A stretch of DNA of 64,000 nt from Octopus vulgaris (Eukaryota): assembly GCA_951406725.2 (NCBI GenBank), contig OX597816.1:159588001-159652000 (forward strand), read 5' to 3'. The notes under the pieces are model-generated. The model saw nothing but the letters and a program-made list of their open reading frames with translations. It ran no database searches and was not told where the DNA came from. The translations under genes were made by a program, and so were the position numbers. Below, in pieces: positions 42,165-55,329 of this stretch. Position 1 is the first letter of the stretch. The number at the start of each line of letters is the position of its first letter.

Positions 42165-42472
42165 CAGCACAGCTCCCATGACTTTAGGAAACATTTTTAC
42201 ACGCTGAGAGTTGCTGAAGCATGGAACAAACTGCCAGCATCAGTTGTTAGTTGTCGGAGCACTGCATCCTTCAAAACTTCCATGCTTTCTGAGATTTGCC
42301 AACATTACACCTGATTTTCTCCCCTCCATACACACACATGCATGTATCTGACTCATACATTGTTCACTTTCCAGACATTTGTACATTACTGCATATACTT
42401 TATATGCACTTTCTGACAAGTTGTGGTGCACCTGAGCACTGTATACAATAATTTCATTATTATTATTATTAT
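42165..42472 (+). mobile_element. Short CR1-like LINE 3' end inserted in a SINE C
   Basis: Reads HDFRKHFYTLRVAEAWNKLPASVV and ends in an (ATT)n tail. Confidence 0.85.
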
Positions 42473-43141
42473 TCCAAGAGTGTAATGGGTGCTTTTATAT
42501 GCCACCAGCACAGGTGCCATTTGTATGACACCAGATTGCATTTAAAAACTGCTTTAAAAACTGCTGGATGTTGATTTAAGGGAAAATTGATTGCTATATC
42601 TTTCAGGTCAACTGACCACATAAAAGCTCCTTCATTGGCTCAGGGTGTTGGCATTGGTGACAATGGAGGTGGTTGGACGTAGTGGTGGGGTTGGTGATGG
42701 TTGTGGAATTGGTGTGGTATTTGTGCTGGTGGCAAGGGTGAGGGGTTGTTGCTGGTGACGGTGGTGTGGATTGGTGATAGTGGTGGGTTAGGAGTGATAG
42801 TACTGGGTAGGGTGGGGAGGGTTGTAGGTGTTGATCATTTTATTATTGTTGTTGTTTAACCCCAGGCAAGCCCTGATCAAGTAGACTTATGGCGATAGTT
42901 ATCCCAGCCATGAGTATTCCCACTCATTTTCCTCCATGCAGTGAACCCAAATCCATATGATTCAATGAGTCCCTTTTTTCAAGATAGCAGGGTATGATCT
43001 GAGGGTGATCTGGTGGCGGTTGTGGTATGAATGGCGGTGGTTGTGGTGGTGGTAATGGTGGGTAAGAAATTCGCATGTAATGCCGATACAGATAAGAATT
43101 TACATCTTTCAAAAGCAAAGAAAAAGGGGAAAATGAATAAA

Positions 43142-43422
43142 TATCAGGTTGTCAGATAAATTCGTTCGGTTTTTGCATTTTTTTTTTTGTCTTGTTTATT
43201 TTAATCTTTTTTCAATGCAGTGTCATTTAAATTGATACAAAAAATATTTTAATCGTAGTGTTTTCTGGTTTCAGATTTAGTAGCTCTATTCTTCCTCTAC
43301 AACTTTTGTTAATCGTTTTTGAAATTTGAATAAATTTTACCTCCTTTTCAGGTGTAAGACGATGATATATGCCAGGTAAAGCGGAAGAAAAAAAACGAAT
43401 GAAATTATCTGACAATCTAATA
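43142..43422. mobile_element. Tc1/mariner-type MITE
   Basis: ~30-bp TIRs TATCAGGTTGTCAGATAAATTCGTTCG / CGAATGAAATTATCTGACAATCTAATA with TA ends. Confidence 0.9.
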
Positions 43423-43608
43423 AATGAATGTAATTACAAGCAGAGAGAGTGAGAGAGAGATAAAGAGGGAGAGGGGGAGGGAGCGAGAGACAGACAGACA
43501 GAGACATAGGGAGAGAGAGAGAGAAGTAGTGTGAGGTGTATGCGTGAGCATGTGAAAGAGATAGATAGCTAGTTAGCTCGATATATATATATATATATAG
43601 AGAGAGAG

Positions 43609-43639
<31 letters not shown>

Positions 43640-46490
43640 ATTACATAGTTACTTTTGGTATATGATGCAACATTTATATTTTTATTGTATATTAGAAAGA
43701 TAGGCTAATGGTATTCATCTTGTTCACTGCCGTTGGTTCATATATACGCTCACAGATCTAGGCGCTCACACTTGTAAACTTCCATACGTACGCATATATA
43801 CACTTATACGAATGCATGCACACACCCACACATACACACATGCTCCTACATGTACACATACATTATCAGACGTTTGACACATAAGGCCACATTAAAATAT
43901 TAATGTATGTTAAATTATTGGATTCTGCTTAATCTTATTTATTTATTTATTGAGACACTTGGCCGGTGTATGTACACACATTTATACACACGCAAACACA
44001 CACACACATCCACATACATATATAATGTGTGTGTATGTGTGTGTGTGTGTGTGCACGCGCGCGTGCGCATACATACAAATACATACACACTGAATCCATG
44101 AGGCCATCATAGTGAAAACGTCACCTTTCATGAGGTATATTTTCCTATCTATGAAGATGGTATGGGATACAAATATCACACACACACACACATAAAAGAT
44201 CAGGAATATAAGAGGTAACTATATATTTAGTTAACCACCGGTGGCACGTAAAAGGCACCAACCGATCGTTGACGCTGTCAGCCTCCCCTGGCACGTAAAA
44301 AGCACCCACTACACTCACAGAGAGGTTGGTGTTAGGAAGGGCATCCAGCTGTAGAAACACTGCCAGATCAAACTGGAGCCTGGTGCAGCCTCCTGGCTTC
44401 CCAGACCCCGGTCGAACTGTCCAACCCATGCTAGCATGGAAAACAGACGTTAAACGATGATGATGATGACTTCTGTAGGGTTACTTCTGTTTCACAGCCA
44501 TTTATCATGTATAGTTTCAGTATTGAAGAAATTATGCATCTATTTTTGCATTAATATGTAGGCTTGGCCTTATACAATACACTCGTGTATTCACAAATTA
44601 ATGCAATGAAAGCAAGCTCATTAGATCACTGGCATTTTATACATCAACAATATAACTAAAAGCTATGATCTGTTGCGCTAGCTTTCTTTACCTGCTCCTG
44701 CGTATTTCGCAGATAAAGACTCCTTTTGCTCATGAATGACCATGGGATTGCACCAAGAAATTTCCCTTCTGAGGCACAAATCCAGGCAGGGTTGTTTATA
44801 GAAGACCAGCAGTCACCCATGCATATCAGCCACCTCTTTCCATGTCACTGATGTTATCCAAGGGAATGGCAAAGGCTGACACAGCTTGGTACCAGTGACA
44901 TCACCACCCATTTCTACAACTGAGTGAACTGGAGCAACATGAAATACAGTGGCTTGCTCAAGAACACAACACAGCCACTAGGTCCAGGAATTGAACTCAC
45001 TTCCCCATGACTGTGAGCCTGATGCTCTAACCACTGAGCCATTACTCAGAATCAGCATGATATAGTGGGTGATGAAGCTGTACCATTTGAATTACAGGTA
45101 CAATTCACCTGGCCAGCTTCTATACAGTCTCCATGTACTTGATTTCACCCACAAAGTGATAATCTCAGTGGAGGCACATGGCCTAGTAGTTAGAGCAGTG
45201 GACTCGCGGTCGAGGGATCGCGGGTTCAAATCTCAGACCGGGCTATGTGTGTGTTTATGAGTGAAACACCTAAGCTCCATGTGGCTCTGGCAGAAGGTAA
45301 TGGCGAACTTCTGCTGACTCTTTCGCCACAACTTTCTCTCACTCTTTCCTCCTGCATCTAGCAGCTCTTCCTGCAACGGACTGGCGTCCCATCCAGGTGG
45401 GGAACCTATACGCCAAGGGAACTGGGAAAACCGGCCCTTATGAGCCAGGCTGGGCTTAAGAAGGAATAACAAAGTGATAATCTGAGGCTATAGAAGATGA
45501 CTCTTGCTTAAGATGCTACGCAGTGGGATTGAAAGCAGGTTCTTGTGGTTGAGAAGCTGACTTCTTAACAGTTCAGCTATACTGTACCTACAATCTTGAA
45601 ACCAGAAGGGTCACTTGGACAGTGCAGTCCTGGATATGCAACAAGATGGAATGGTCAAATCATAGATCTGCTCAATGAAGCTGAGCTGGGAATTAGTAAC
45701 AACTTTCTAGGAATAGCAGCCAAATCTCCCTCAAATTACATTTTGGTGTCTTTAAAGAAAAAGAACACATTTAAAAAATAGTTTTAGGTTGACTATATCT
45801 TATAAAAAGTCACGATAGTCACAGTTGAAATATCTTCACTCATAGGTTCTCAACCACAGTTGACCTAGGGCTAAACTAATAGCTTATATTGTATCACAAA
45901 ATATATAGGTCCAGTGCTTTATAAAGGCACAGCAGATATATATTTTGTGGTACAATCAATTTGCATTGTAAGATCTAGTGTATGTTTACCAAGTTGCATA
46001 TTAATTCATTTACAACCTATCAACACAAGTGCCATCCCAGCACCTCAATTAACCAATCATCATCATCCTATCATCATCATCATCATTTAACGTCCGTTTT
46101 CCATGCTGGCATGGGTTGGACAGTTTGACTGAGGACTGGCAAGCTAGTAGGCTGTACCAGACTCCAGTCTGATCTAGCAAGGTTTCTATAGCTGGATGCC
46201 CTTCATAACACCAACCACTCCAATAGTGAAGTGGGTGTTTTTCACATGCCACCGGTATGGGAGCCAGTCAGGTGGCTCTGGCATCAACCATGTTCTGATG
46301 GTGCTTTTTACATTCCACTGGCATGGGAGCTAATTGGGGGGCACTGGCTTCAACCCCTTTCGGAAGATGCTTTTTACATTTCAAACAAATGCACCAATAT
46401 ACAAATGAACAAAACTCTTGCTTGTTACTCATTGCCCCCTCCATAAGCAGTGGCAAGTCACAGTCTATCTTGAAAAAATAAAACGAAGCA

Positions 46491-46540
46491 GACATTTCTG
46501 ATGAGCTGGCAACAACCAGGTGAAACTTATCAGGCTGTTC
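46491..46540 (+). ncRNA. Degenerate minimal type I hammerhead ribozyme motif
   Basis: CTGATGA-GCTGG-CAACAA-CCAGGT-GAAAC-TT-ATC. Stem III has a mismatch and stem I is weak. Confidence 0.5.
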
Positions 46541-46596
46541 ATCAGTTCATTCTTAAAAGTGTACTCTGTGGTCCGACCAGTATTAATTTTCATAAC

Positions 46597-47000
46597 AGTG
46601 GCTGTGTGGTAAGTAGCTTGTTTACCAACCACATGGTTCCGGGTTCAGTCCCACTGCGTAGCACCTTGGGCAAGTGTCTTCTACTATAGCCTCGGGCCGA
46701 CCAAAGCCTTGTGAGTGGATTTGGTAGAGGGAAACTGAAAGAAGCCCGTCGTATATATGTATATATATATATATATATGCATGTGTGTGTTTGTGTGTCT
46801 GTGTTTGTCCCCCTAGCATTGCTTGACAACCGATGCTGGTGTGTTTATGTCCCCGTAACTTAGCGGTTCGGCAAAAGAGACCGATAGAATAAGTACTGGG
46901 CTTACAAAAGAATAAGTCCCGGGGTCGAGTTGCTCGATTAAAGGCGGTGCTCTATCATGGCCGCAGTCAAATGACTGAAACAAGTAAAAGAGTAAAAGAG
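46597..47000 (+). mobile_element. Young SINE family A
   Basis: CpG-rich and nearly identical to 2745-3160. Confidence 0.9.
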
Positions 47001-47104
47001 ACAGAGTTATGTTCACCAAATAAGTATGCTTGACCTGTCAGAAATGGCAGCTAATTTTTATGTATAAAAATCTGTTAACTGATTGGTGGGGTTGGATAGG
47101 TTAC

Positions 47105-47146
47105 ACTTTGCTGATGAGATCTAATAGATTGAAACATGTCCATAGT
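47105..47146 (+). ncRNA. Minimal type I hammerhead ribozyme, nearly intact
   Basis: ACTTTG-CTGATGA-GATCT-AAT-AGATT-GAAAC-AT-GTC^CATAGT. Both core boxes and a GUC triplet are present, stem I pairs 5 of 6, and stem III is the palindrome ACATGT. Confidence 0.75.
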
Positions 47147-47274
47147 TGATCCTTCCCTGCAAACATGGGCCAGGCTTTCCTTTCTCTTAGCACATAAATT
47201 AACTGTGCGATAGTTTTGAATTTCTTTAAATTATTTCCCTTTTTCTTTGCGTGTCACCAACAATTGACTCTAAG

Positions 47275-47424
47275 CATGGCCGGCTTCAAGGTACCGGCAA
47301 CTCTAGCAGTCGCCCGGAGCGCCATGGAAGGCGTGACAAAGACAAGGAAATTTCCACGACCGTCAGCTTGTACGCGCTTAAGTTCAGCTAGCTTGGGGCG
47401 CCAGCAACCCAAGGGTCGACCCTG
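47275..47424. mobile_element. 150-bp GC-rich hAT-like MITE
   Basis: Imperfect TIRs CATGGCCGGC / GTCGACCCTG. 8-bp TSD ACTCTAAG/ACTCTAGG. Confidence 0.75.
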
Positions 47425-48599
47425 ACTCTAGGTTTTTGTTTTCTTTCTCCAACTAAATGGAGGAATTTTAATTAATTAAACATTTAAATTTTGAATGTAA
47501 ATTTTAATTAATAAAACACTGAGTACAGAACTCAGCACAACACGCTATGAATGATTAACCGAGTCATAACAATGTTATTGTTGTTGTTTAACTCTTGTTC
47601 TGCTCTGATTTAGCAGATCGATGGTTTTCGGACTAAATCTAGAGCTATATTATCTGTGTTAGTAAAATGTGATTTGTCGTGATTCAGCTGCTATTTTTAA
47701 CAGATCAAGTGTCCGTTCAGATGCTATTTAGTTTTTCTTGTTTTGTTTTGTCCAGAAATATCTTAATTGTTTTACATAATAGCAATGTCTCTTAACCGTT
47801 CGTTTCCACACTTTAAATGTGAAAAAATACCAAGCGAAATAATTATAATGTAGCCTGTGTGATAAAAATGATCCCTGTGAAAATCAGAGCATAGAATTAG
47901 GAGTATCATTCATGATTAATAATTTACCAGCTGTATCTAATACAAGTCAAATTAACAGAGTGACGTCCTTAGTTTTTGTTTTGAGCGGGAGTTTAAATAT
48001 ACGGAAGATAGGTTCCCATGTTTAGTCCCAAATAAGTCCTCATCGAGTAGATCTATTATCAAAAACATTCTATGACCAACCTGATTTTTTCCTCCCTAGA
48101 GATAGCATTTCTCGCACTATGTTAACCAATGTGCCCTTCCGTCCTTAAGACGATCGAGTATGATTTGAGGGATATTTGGCTGTTATTTCTACGAGGGTGA
48201 GTGACCATGTTGAGGCTCTCTCCGTTGCATTTCTTGACAGGATACTTTGTTATAATGTCCATCTAGCTGGGCGGAATAATTAACAAAATTTCTGGGAAAA
48301 TGTTTTTTTAAGGACTGATTACACATTACTACTCGCTCCTGGTTACATAAGATCAATTTATTCATCTTGGAGACATCGAATGTTTTTTTACTCTTTCAAT
48401 GAATAAATATTGAATTAGTCTCATAATAACAACCGTGACATTTTATGATACTGTATGTATTTTTTCCTCGGCTTTCAAGTGACAACTAATAGTTAAATAA
48501 TATTTGCTAATACAGAAGTAACATCAATAAATATTCTGCTGCATATTTATCTAAAATATATAATAATAATAATAATTAAAGTCTATGAGGAATTAGAGA

Positions 48600-49230
48600 A
48601 CGGTTTTTGTTTTTTTTTTTTCCCGACAGCAACATCTGTTCCACCGTCTGATTTGCTATGCAACAGGCAGCACCAGTAGCAGAACAGCACCAGCAACCTC
48701 ACAGAACCGATACCAATTATAATAGTCTTCAGTGATATCGGATTGTCTTGCTTCTGCTTCCTCTACTTCTTTCTTTTTCTTCCACTTCATACATCTCCCT
48801 GTCATTCAAACTCACAACATACATTTTTCTTCGTGCCTGCTTGAACTTATTTCATCGCTTTTTCGGTCTTTTGACTAAGATCGAAGTGTATAATATATAT
48901 TTTTGACCAGTTTCTATTAGATTCTCGCATCTTCTGCAAAAGCATCAGACGAGGAAACTAACGGCTAAATTTGCGTCATTTTTCTCCTCGACCTGTTAAA
49001 GGAACTTTATATTACAGCAGTCTAAATAGGAACCATTGAAGAAGGAGAAACCGTCTACCTGCTAACCTATTCATCTAACGAAACCAACTTATCTACTTCT
49101 ATCAAAAACGTACGTAAATTTATTATTATTTTATTCTAATACGTCGCAAAGAGACATCCACTAGTTCTTTCATTGTTTCCAGGTAAGCTAAGATTCTTGT
49201 GCGATGGCTTCCTCTTTTCAGTGACGTCGT
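48600..49230 (+). promoter_or_regulatory. Candidate promoter or non-coding first exon ending at a strong splice donor
   Basis: Unique, TE-poor, CpG-retaining sequence with CAG|GTAAGC at 49182/49183 and a CRE-like TGACGTC at 49222. Confidence 0.35.
48854..48890 (+). pseudogene. U2: U2 snRNA 5' fragment (first ~37 nt)
   Basis: ATCGCTTTTTCGGTCTTTTGACTAAGATCGAAGTGTA against the metazoan U2 start ATCGCTTCTCGGCCTTTTGGCTAAGATCA(A)AGTGTAG. The match stops in the branch-point-binding sequence. Confidence 0.8.
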
Positions 49231-51291
49231 TAAAATTAATTAAATCACAATTATTTCTTCGAATTTTTTCACTTTCTTTTGTTTGGTGTTCGGTGCGTAT
49301 TCTTTTGTTTTTAAAATGTTTCTTTGCATTGCACAGCATAAATATCCAGGAAATGATATTAAAAAGATAACAACCATCACGCCTTTATGATAATGTAATT
49401 TGTGCGTGTGTGTGTGTCTGTGTCGGTTTGTGTATAACAACATATACGCACTTGTTACCTTTACTCTTATTTTCATAATTTCGTTAATTTTTCTTCGAAC
49501 ACGATCTATTGTGCTTGTGTATGTATGTGTAAGGAGATTAATGAAAACAACAAACAACATAAGCAAATATATATGTGGGCAGTCGTAGCAACAGAATTAC
49601 TGAGATGAATTAGTAAAGTTAATTACAGTATAAAAGTGGCAAATACCCAGAGGATAAAGCGGATAATCTATTAAGTGAGCTGTTTGTTACTGGATTTCCA
49701 ATCCCTGTTGAAGTAATTTCACTTCATTTCACATCTCCGTTTAACCTAAATCATCGAATTTCTTATTTTCATGTAAAATAACAAACAAACAATAAAGAAA
49801 TCCAAGGTGCCTGGCCTAGCAATATATGTAGAATATTAGAAGTTACATATTTCCTAGTATGTGTATGTGATGTTAGCTCTTGTCTGTTCTACAAATTATT
49901 CTTCGTTTGTTGGTGAAAGCAGATTATTATGTATTTCGAAAGCGTACTCTTCCTTTTTAGTTTTCTTTTTTGAGTGAAAGCAAAAGTATCTTGGACTATT
50001 TGTTGGTTTGGTGTATATGTGTATGTCTAATAGATTCTATTCGTGTCTGTAAGTGATGTGTCCTTGTCAAGCGAGCACATAATTTTGTCTGAGTGTATAT
50101 GCACCTTTGTTTGTGTGTGTAAATATTTTTTGGTGTCCTGTACCCATATATGCATGTATATATACATATAGGTGTAGGTACGTACATATATGTATGTATA
50201 TATGCATATGTTTTATTTATTATTTTGTTATATATATATATGTATATATATTGTAATGCACCTGAGCACTGAATACAATAAGCTCATTATACACACATGC
50301 ACGTGTGTGGGTGTGTGTAAAATGAGCTTACAAGTGCCTAGGGGCACTAACACACACAAGTATAAATCTATTTAGACATACCTGTTATGTGCTTATTTAT
50401 ATATATATATGTACAATAAATGGTGTGTGTGTTGACGTGAAATGAGTTTTACATTTGGTTTTATAGCTTATAAGGTCGGGTCTTATAGGTCTTAGGCTCA
50501 CGCTTATTGCGTTGTATATAATAGATCTTAGCCCACATCATAGCCCACGACATAACTTAGATGTCAGTACAAGTGGATGTTTGTCTTGTCAGGTCTATAT
50601 GATCAGAGTTTAGGCATAGTATACCAAAGGCAACATTATTCAATATGTCATTAAAAAAAGCTAGTCTGAATTAAGGAAGATTTTATTGCTATTACTTGTA
50701 TGTCGAATAATTACGTAGAGGTCTCCTCATTGACAAGTTTAAATTGGGTTGTCTGGGAGTGTTGCCTGTGGTAGTCTGACATCCTGTCCAGGAGATGTAT
50801 ATTCTACTTAACGTATGAAACTTCTCCCTCGTTGATTATGTAAATGTCATGGTGTGCGTCTATGTTTTATGCAGTCATCTTTGAGTATATGGTTCCGCTT
50901 TCACATTGTCAGGCTTTTTATCGAGATAAATTTCGTTTGACAGCTGGTGACCCAGGGCTAACAACTACTTAAATACTGGTGTCTTTCTGAGGACCAGGGC
51001 AGCTTTTCACACACATATATGGTGCCATGCATAAGACCATCGCTCCTGGTTCGTAGTCACAGTCACCCGGCTTGTAAAAAATATAATATCTACAAAAAGA
51101 ACTGGATAATTCTTCGGTTTAATGCTAAATCTTTATTATTATAACTCGACATTAGAACAAAATTTTGTGGCCGTGTGATTGAGAAGACTGGCTTCCAAGT
51201 ATGTGGTCTTGGGTTCAATCCTACTGCGCGGCAATTTGGGCATATGTCTTCTACTATAGCCCTGGGCCGACTAAAATATACATACATAAAT

Positions 51292-51344
<53 letters not shown>

Positions 51345-51469
51345 AATGTTTAGTTCTTAACTAATTCGAAGAGATGAAGCAAAATGTTACACAGAAGAAT
51401 CACAAATACCAAAAAATAATTCTAAAATAATTAATACACAGAAAATGCTTGTCAAAGTGAAAGTGGTAC

Positions 51470-52000
51470 CATGCACTCGTGGGTTATTATTTATATGTAT
51501 AAACACTTCCATGTCAATATATGTGACCGTATTTGAGTGTTGGGGTGAAATTTAATGGGAGTAAAGGCCGGCCGCTTTATGTGAACGTATGTGCGTAATG
51601 TCATTTGCGTTGGTCGTCTGAAATCAACGCCGTCAGCTACTTAAAGTTTCCATACTTGAAAAATTGCCTGCTTCGTCGTCAGAAGGCCATATGTGTGTGT
51701 GTGTAGGTATGTGTGTATTTATGTAAATGTAGGTGTGTGTAATATGTGTCATAATCTTATCCCACATATCACTTGAATTGTATCCATATTTAAGTTTATT
51801 AATAGATTGTACAATGACAACTTGTGATTATTCTGTCCTTAGGGATGTGAATACCATTTTGGAGAGAGAGACTTGCGAAGCGGAAGTTACCAGACACTAT
51901 TCCTACATTATAATACTTCTTGTGTTTGTCTCTTTCACTTAGTCCACTTCTTTGTTCTTCCTCAGCTTGATGGAGAGGAACCAAAAGATGGTGGTAACGT
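51470..52000. promoter_or_regulatory. Second CpG-retaining promoter-like patch
   Basis: Frequent CpG at 51560-51680, ETS-like GCGGAAGT at 51880, and AAGATGGTG|GTAACG at ~51985-51999. Confidence 0.25.
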
Positions 52001-53594
52001 TAAAAACAATTTAGTGAGACATGAAATCGTCTTATATTAAAATATTTCTTAAATGATTACTGGAGAACGATTTAATTGAAAGAAAAATGTAAACTAATAC
52101 AGGAAATTATAAATCTTAAATAATTAGTGCAGAAAATTTCTGCCAAGATCTGACTTCTGGGTCAGTACATACTGTTGCATTTGAGGTTGAAGGTTTGGCT
52201 GCTTTTTGTTATCTTTAAAGAGGGAAGTATTTTTTAATTCCTCAAGAAGTGAAAAAAAATGAGTTAATCCCGTCTAGGACTACAGAGATTTGTTGAGTGA
52301 ATGCTTATCTGTTTTCATCATGAGATATCTTGAGATATCTCAATGCTTATTTCATTAAGCAGGGAGGTAATAAATCTCTCGGTCTGAACAGGGTGCTGGT
52401 ATAAATTAAAAAACAAAAAAACATTTCACAGGTGTGCTTCCACCCCTCTTCTTCCACAGTGTAGGAATGGATAAGAAACACACCTGTCTTGAAATGTAAC
52501 AAAACAATTAGAGAAGAAAAAAAATCTGTGTTTATGTATGATATAGGAAGGAAGGTCAGTGATTCTAATATTGGTAGGGGAAGGAAAGAATAACCCTTGG
52601 TTCTCTCAAACCAAGTCTCTGTTGCAAATTCTTGCAACAAAAGGATTGTGCTAAAGGTACACGAAGCCCAGATAGTGATGTTAAATTAAGTATCAAGAAA
52701 TATAGTCCAATATTTTTATTGACTTCACTATTTTAACTCCACTCCTTAACCTTTTTGTTACCATATTTCTATTGATATTCATTATTTTTCTTTACAATAA
52801 TTTACAAAATGGTGAAGAATATAGTAAAATGTTTGGAACATAAATTAACATGAAATTTTTGTGGTAAGTTTTTGTTTAGATCATTTTAAAGCATGAAGTT
52901 TGTCCATTGAACCAGGGGTGGTCTCAGACAAGTTGGCGTTAAAAAGGGTATGTAAATATCTCCTAAGCTCTTTGGGTTTTTAAGTGTTGGTAATATTGTG
53001 TGAAAAGTCTGTAAAGTGTTGTTTCCAACATCTAATTAAAGTTTTCTTTTCCTTTCTACAAACATACCCAATGTTCCATCCATAAATGGAACATTGAAGT
53101 AACTTATCCTTGATATAAAAATTCTTCATTTGCAATTCATTTTCATGTTTTTTTTTCCCACCAACCTGTACTTGTCTTCCTCTAGTAACATTCTCATTTG
53201 ATCTAGACCTATTTTTGACAATTGAGCTAAGGCATTAAAAATTAAGCATACTATCTAAATATGCAAGATGACTGCTATGAATTTCAACTAAAATTTTTCA
53301 GCTGGTATTTCTATACTTTATCTGCTTTACTGTTGTTTTGTTTTAAATAGTGGCAGTCCTTGAATATTAAGTGACCAAATCAATAGGGTGTTGGATTACA
53401 GATGGTTTCAATATCAAAAATGTTCTATTCTGTTGTTCATTTCTATAAATAGGTACCATGGGTTGATACAGTACATAGCCATAGGTAGTTAGAGCAGTGT
53501 TCATTAACAATTTTTCCCATAGTTTGCAGTGTGGAATTAAAATTCTCCTATGAACTTGGCCTAAACTATGAGTTAGAGGTTTGTAGATAATTCA

Positions 53595-53790
53595 GTTGCT
53601 CACAGAACAATGTACCACACTGTTTGTGACATGTTGCCCAGGACACAACACAAGCACAGTATTTGGGATGTGTTGCCCAGAACACAACATAGTATTTGTG
53701 ATATATTTCTCAGAACATCACACTATTTATATTTCGTTATCTAGAACACAACACAACGCAGTGTTTGTAATATATTGCTGACAACACATC
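53595..53790. repeat. Diverged ~31-37-bp tandem repeat, about 5 copies
   Basis: CAGAACACAACACAGTATTTGTGATATGTTGCC-like units. Confidence 0.7.
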
Positions 53791-55329
53791 ATCAACATCA
53801 TTATCATCATCATCATCATTTAACATCTGTTTTCCATGTTGGTATGGGTTGGATGGTTTGACATTATTTGACAAATTGCAGGGTTGTGTCAAGTTCCAGT
53901 ATCCGCTTTGGCAAGGTTTCTACAGTTGGATGCCCTTCCTAACACCAACCACTTTACAGTGTGTGCTGGTCGTTTTCTCATATCACCAGTACTAGGGAAT
54001 CATCATCATCATCATTTAACGTCCGCTTTCCCTGCTAGCATGGGTTGGACAATTTGACTGCTGGCTGGCAAACCAGATGGCTGCACCAGGCTTCAATCTT
54101 GATCTGGCAGAGTTTCTACAGCTGGATACCCTTCCTAACGCCAACCACTCCGAGAGTGTAGTGGGTGCTTTTATGTGCCACTGGCACAGGGTCAGTCAGG
54201 CGGTACTGGCAACGACCTTTGCTCAAATCTTTTACACATACCACTGGCACAGGTGCCAGTAAGGCGATGCTGGTAACGATCACGCTCGAATGGTGCCTTT
54301 TACATGCCACCGGCACGGAGGCCAGATAGCCGCTCTGGCAACGATCACACTTGAATGGTGCTCTTAACACCATACTAGCACGAGGCTTGAGTGCCAGTAA
54401 GGGGACGCTGGTTGCCAAGTAACTTGCAAGACAGAAAACAACAGGAAAAAAAGAAAAAGCGAAAGCTCTCATTACCAAGTGGGTTAAGTATTTGAGAGGG
54501 AGAGGTGGTTTTATACCAGGTGTTGAAAGGCTAAAGTATAATAGAGGGACAAGCATCCCACTATAGAGAAAATATATTAAGGTAAGTAGTAGTAACTGGG
54601 AAGATGAGGATGATAAAGATGATAGTGAAAGAGTGCCAGAGCAAACTTTCAAGGTACAAGAAGGTGAGCATAAAAGAGGATACAGACAACATCAGGAGAG
54701 GAGAGAGTGGATAGTCTCCTAAGTGTTAGGGGAGAGTAACAGATAGTTAGGAATGATGGTAGAGGTGAACGTAGTGATTAATAAACATGGGTAGAGATAC
54801 GATTTATGGGAAATATCAGTGTAGAGAGGGTGAGGTGAGAGACAGAAGTGGCTGAGGATAGACCAGAAGGTAGGGGTATGGCTTGCAAAGTGTAAGAGTG
54901 CTGGGGAGGGAGATGTCGAGGGGGGGGTACATAAGGGTGGCTGTAGTGAGTGGGGTATGATTGCAGATATGAGAGGGTGTTGAGAATGATAAGAAATATA
55001 TGGGGTGTTAAAATAGATTATGGCAAAGGGGAGATATAACTGAAGGCACAGAAAGATGATTGGTGAAAATAGTGTGGAAAGAGGGAGAAGAATGAGAATA
55101 AGGGATGGAAGTGGTTCCAGAAGGGAGGAGATGACTGGTTGTGCAAAGGAAGTGGGTGGAGTAATATATACTGATTTTGCCCTCATGGTTACAACCACTG
55201 AGTAGTACTAGGGTTGGATGTTAGGGGAATGAGATATGGGAAATGCTTGATGAGGCAGAATGGATTAGAAGCATAAACAGAACGCTTTTAGGACATCAGT
55301 TTTTGCTGTGATGGTCAGGTCCTCTGTAG

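Noticed and set aside
47216-47425. GC-rich 69-aa ORF, or a Helitron-like hairpin plus CTAG end
   Set aside because: It is better explained by a 150-bp MITE with TIRs and an 8-bp TSD. The CTAG lies inside the TSD.
40908-48890. Link between the RLE-element fragment and the U2 fragment (Utopia-like insertion)
   Set aside because: They are about 8 kb apart, and no retroelement sequence adjoins the U2 piece.
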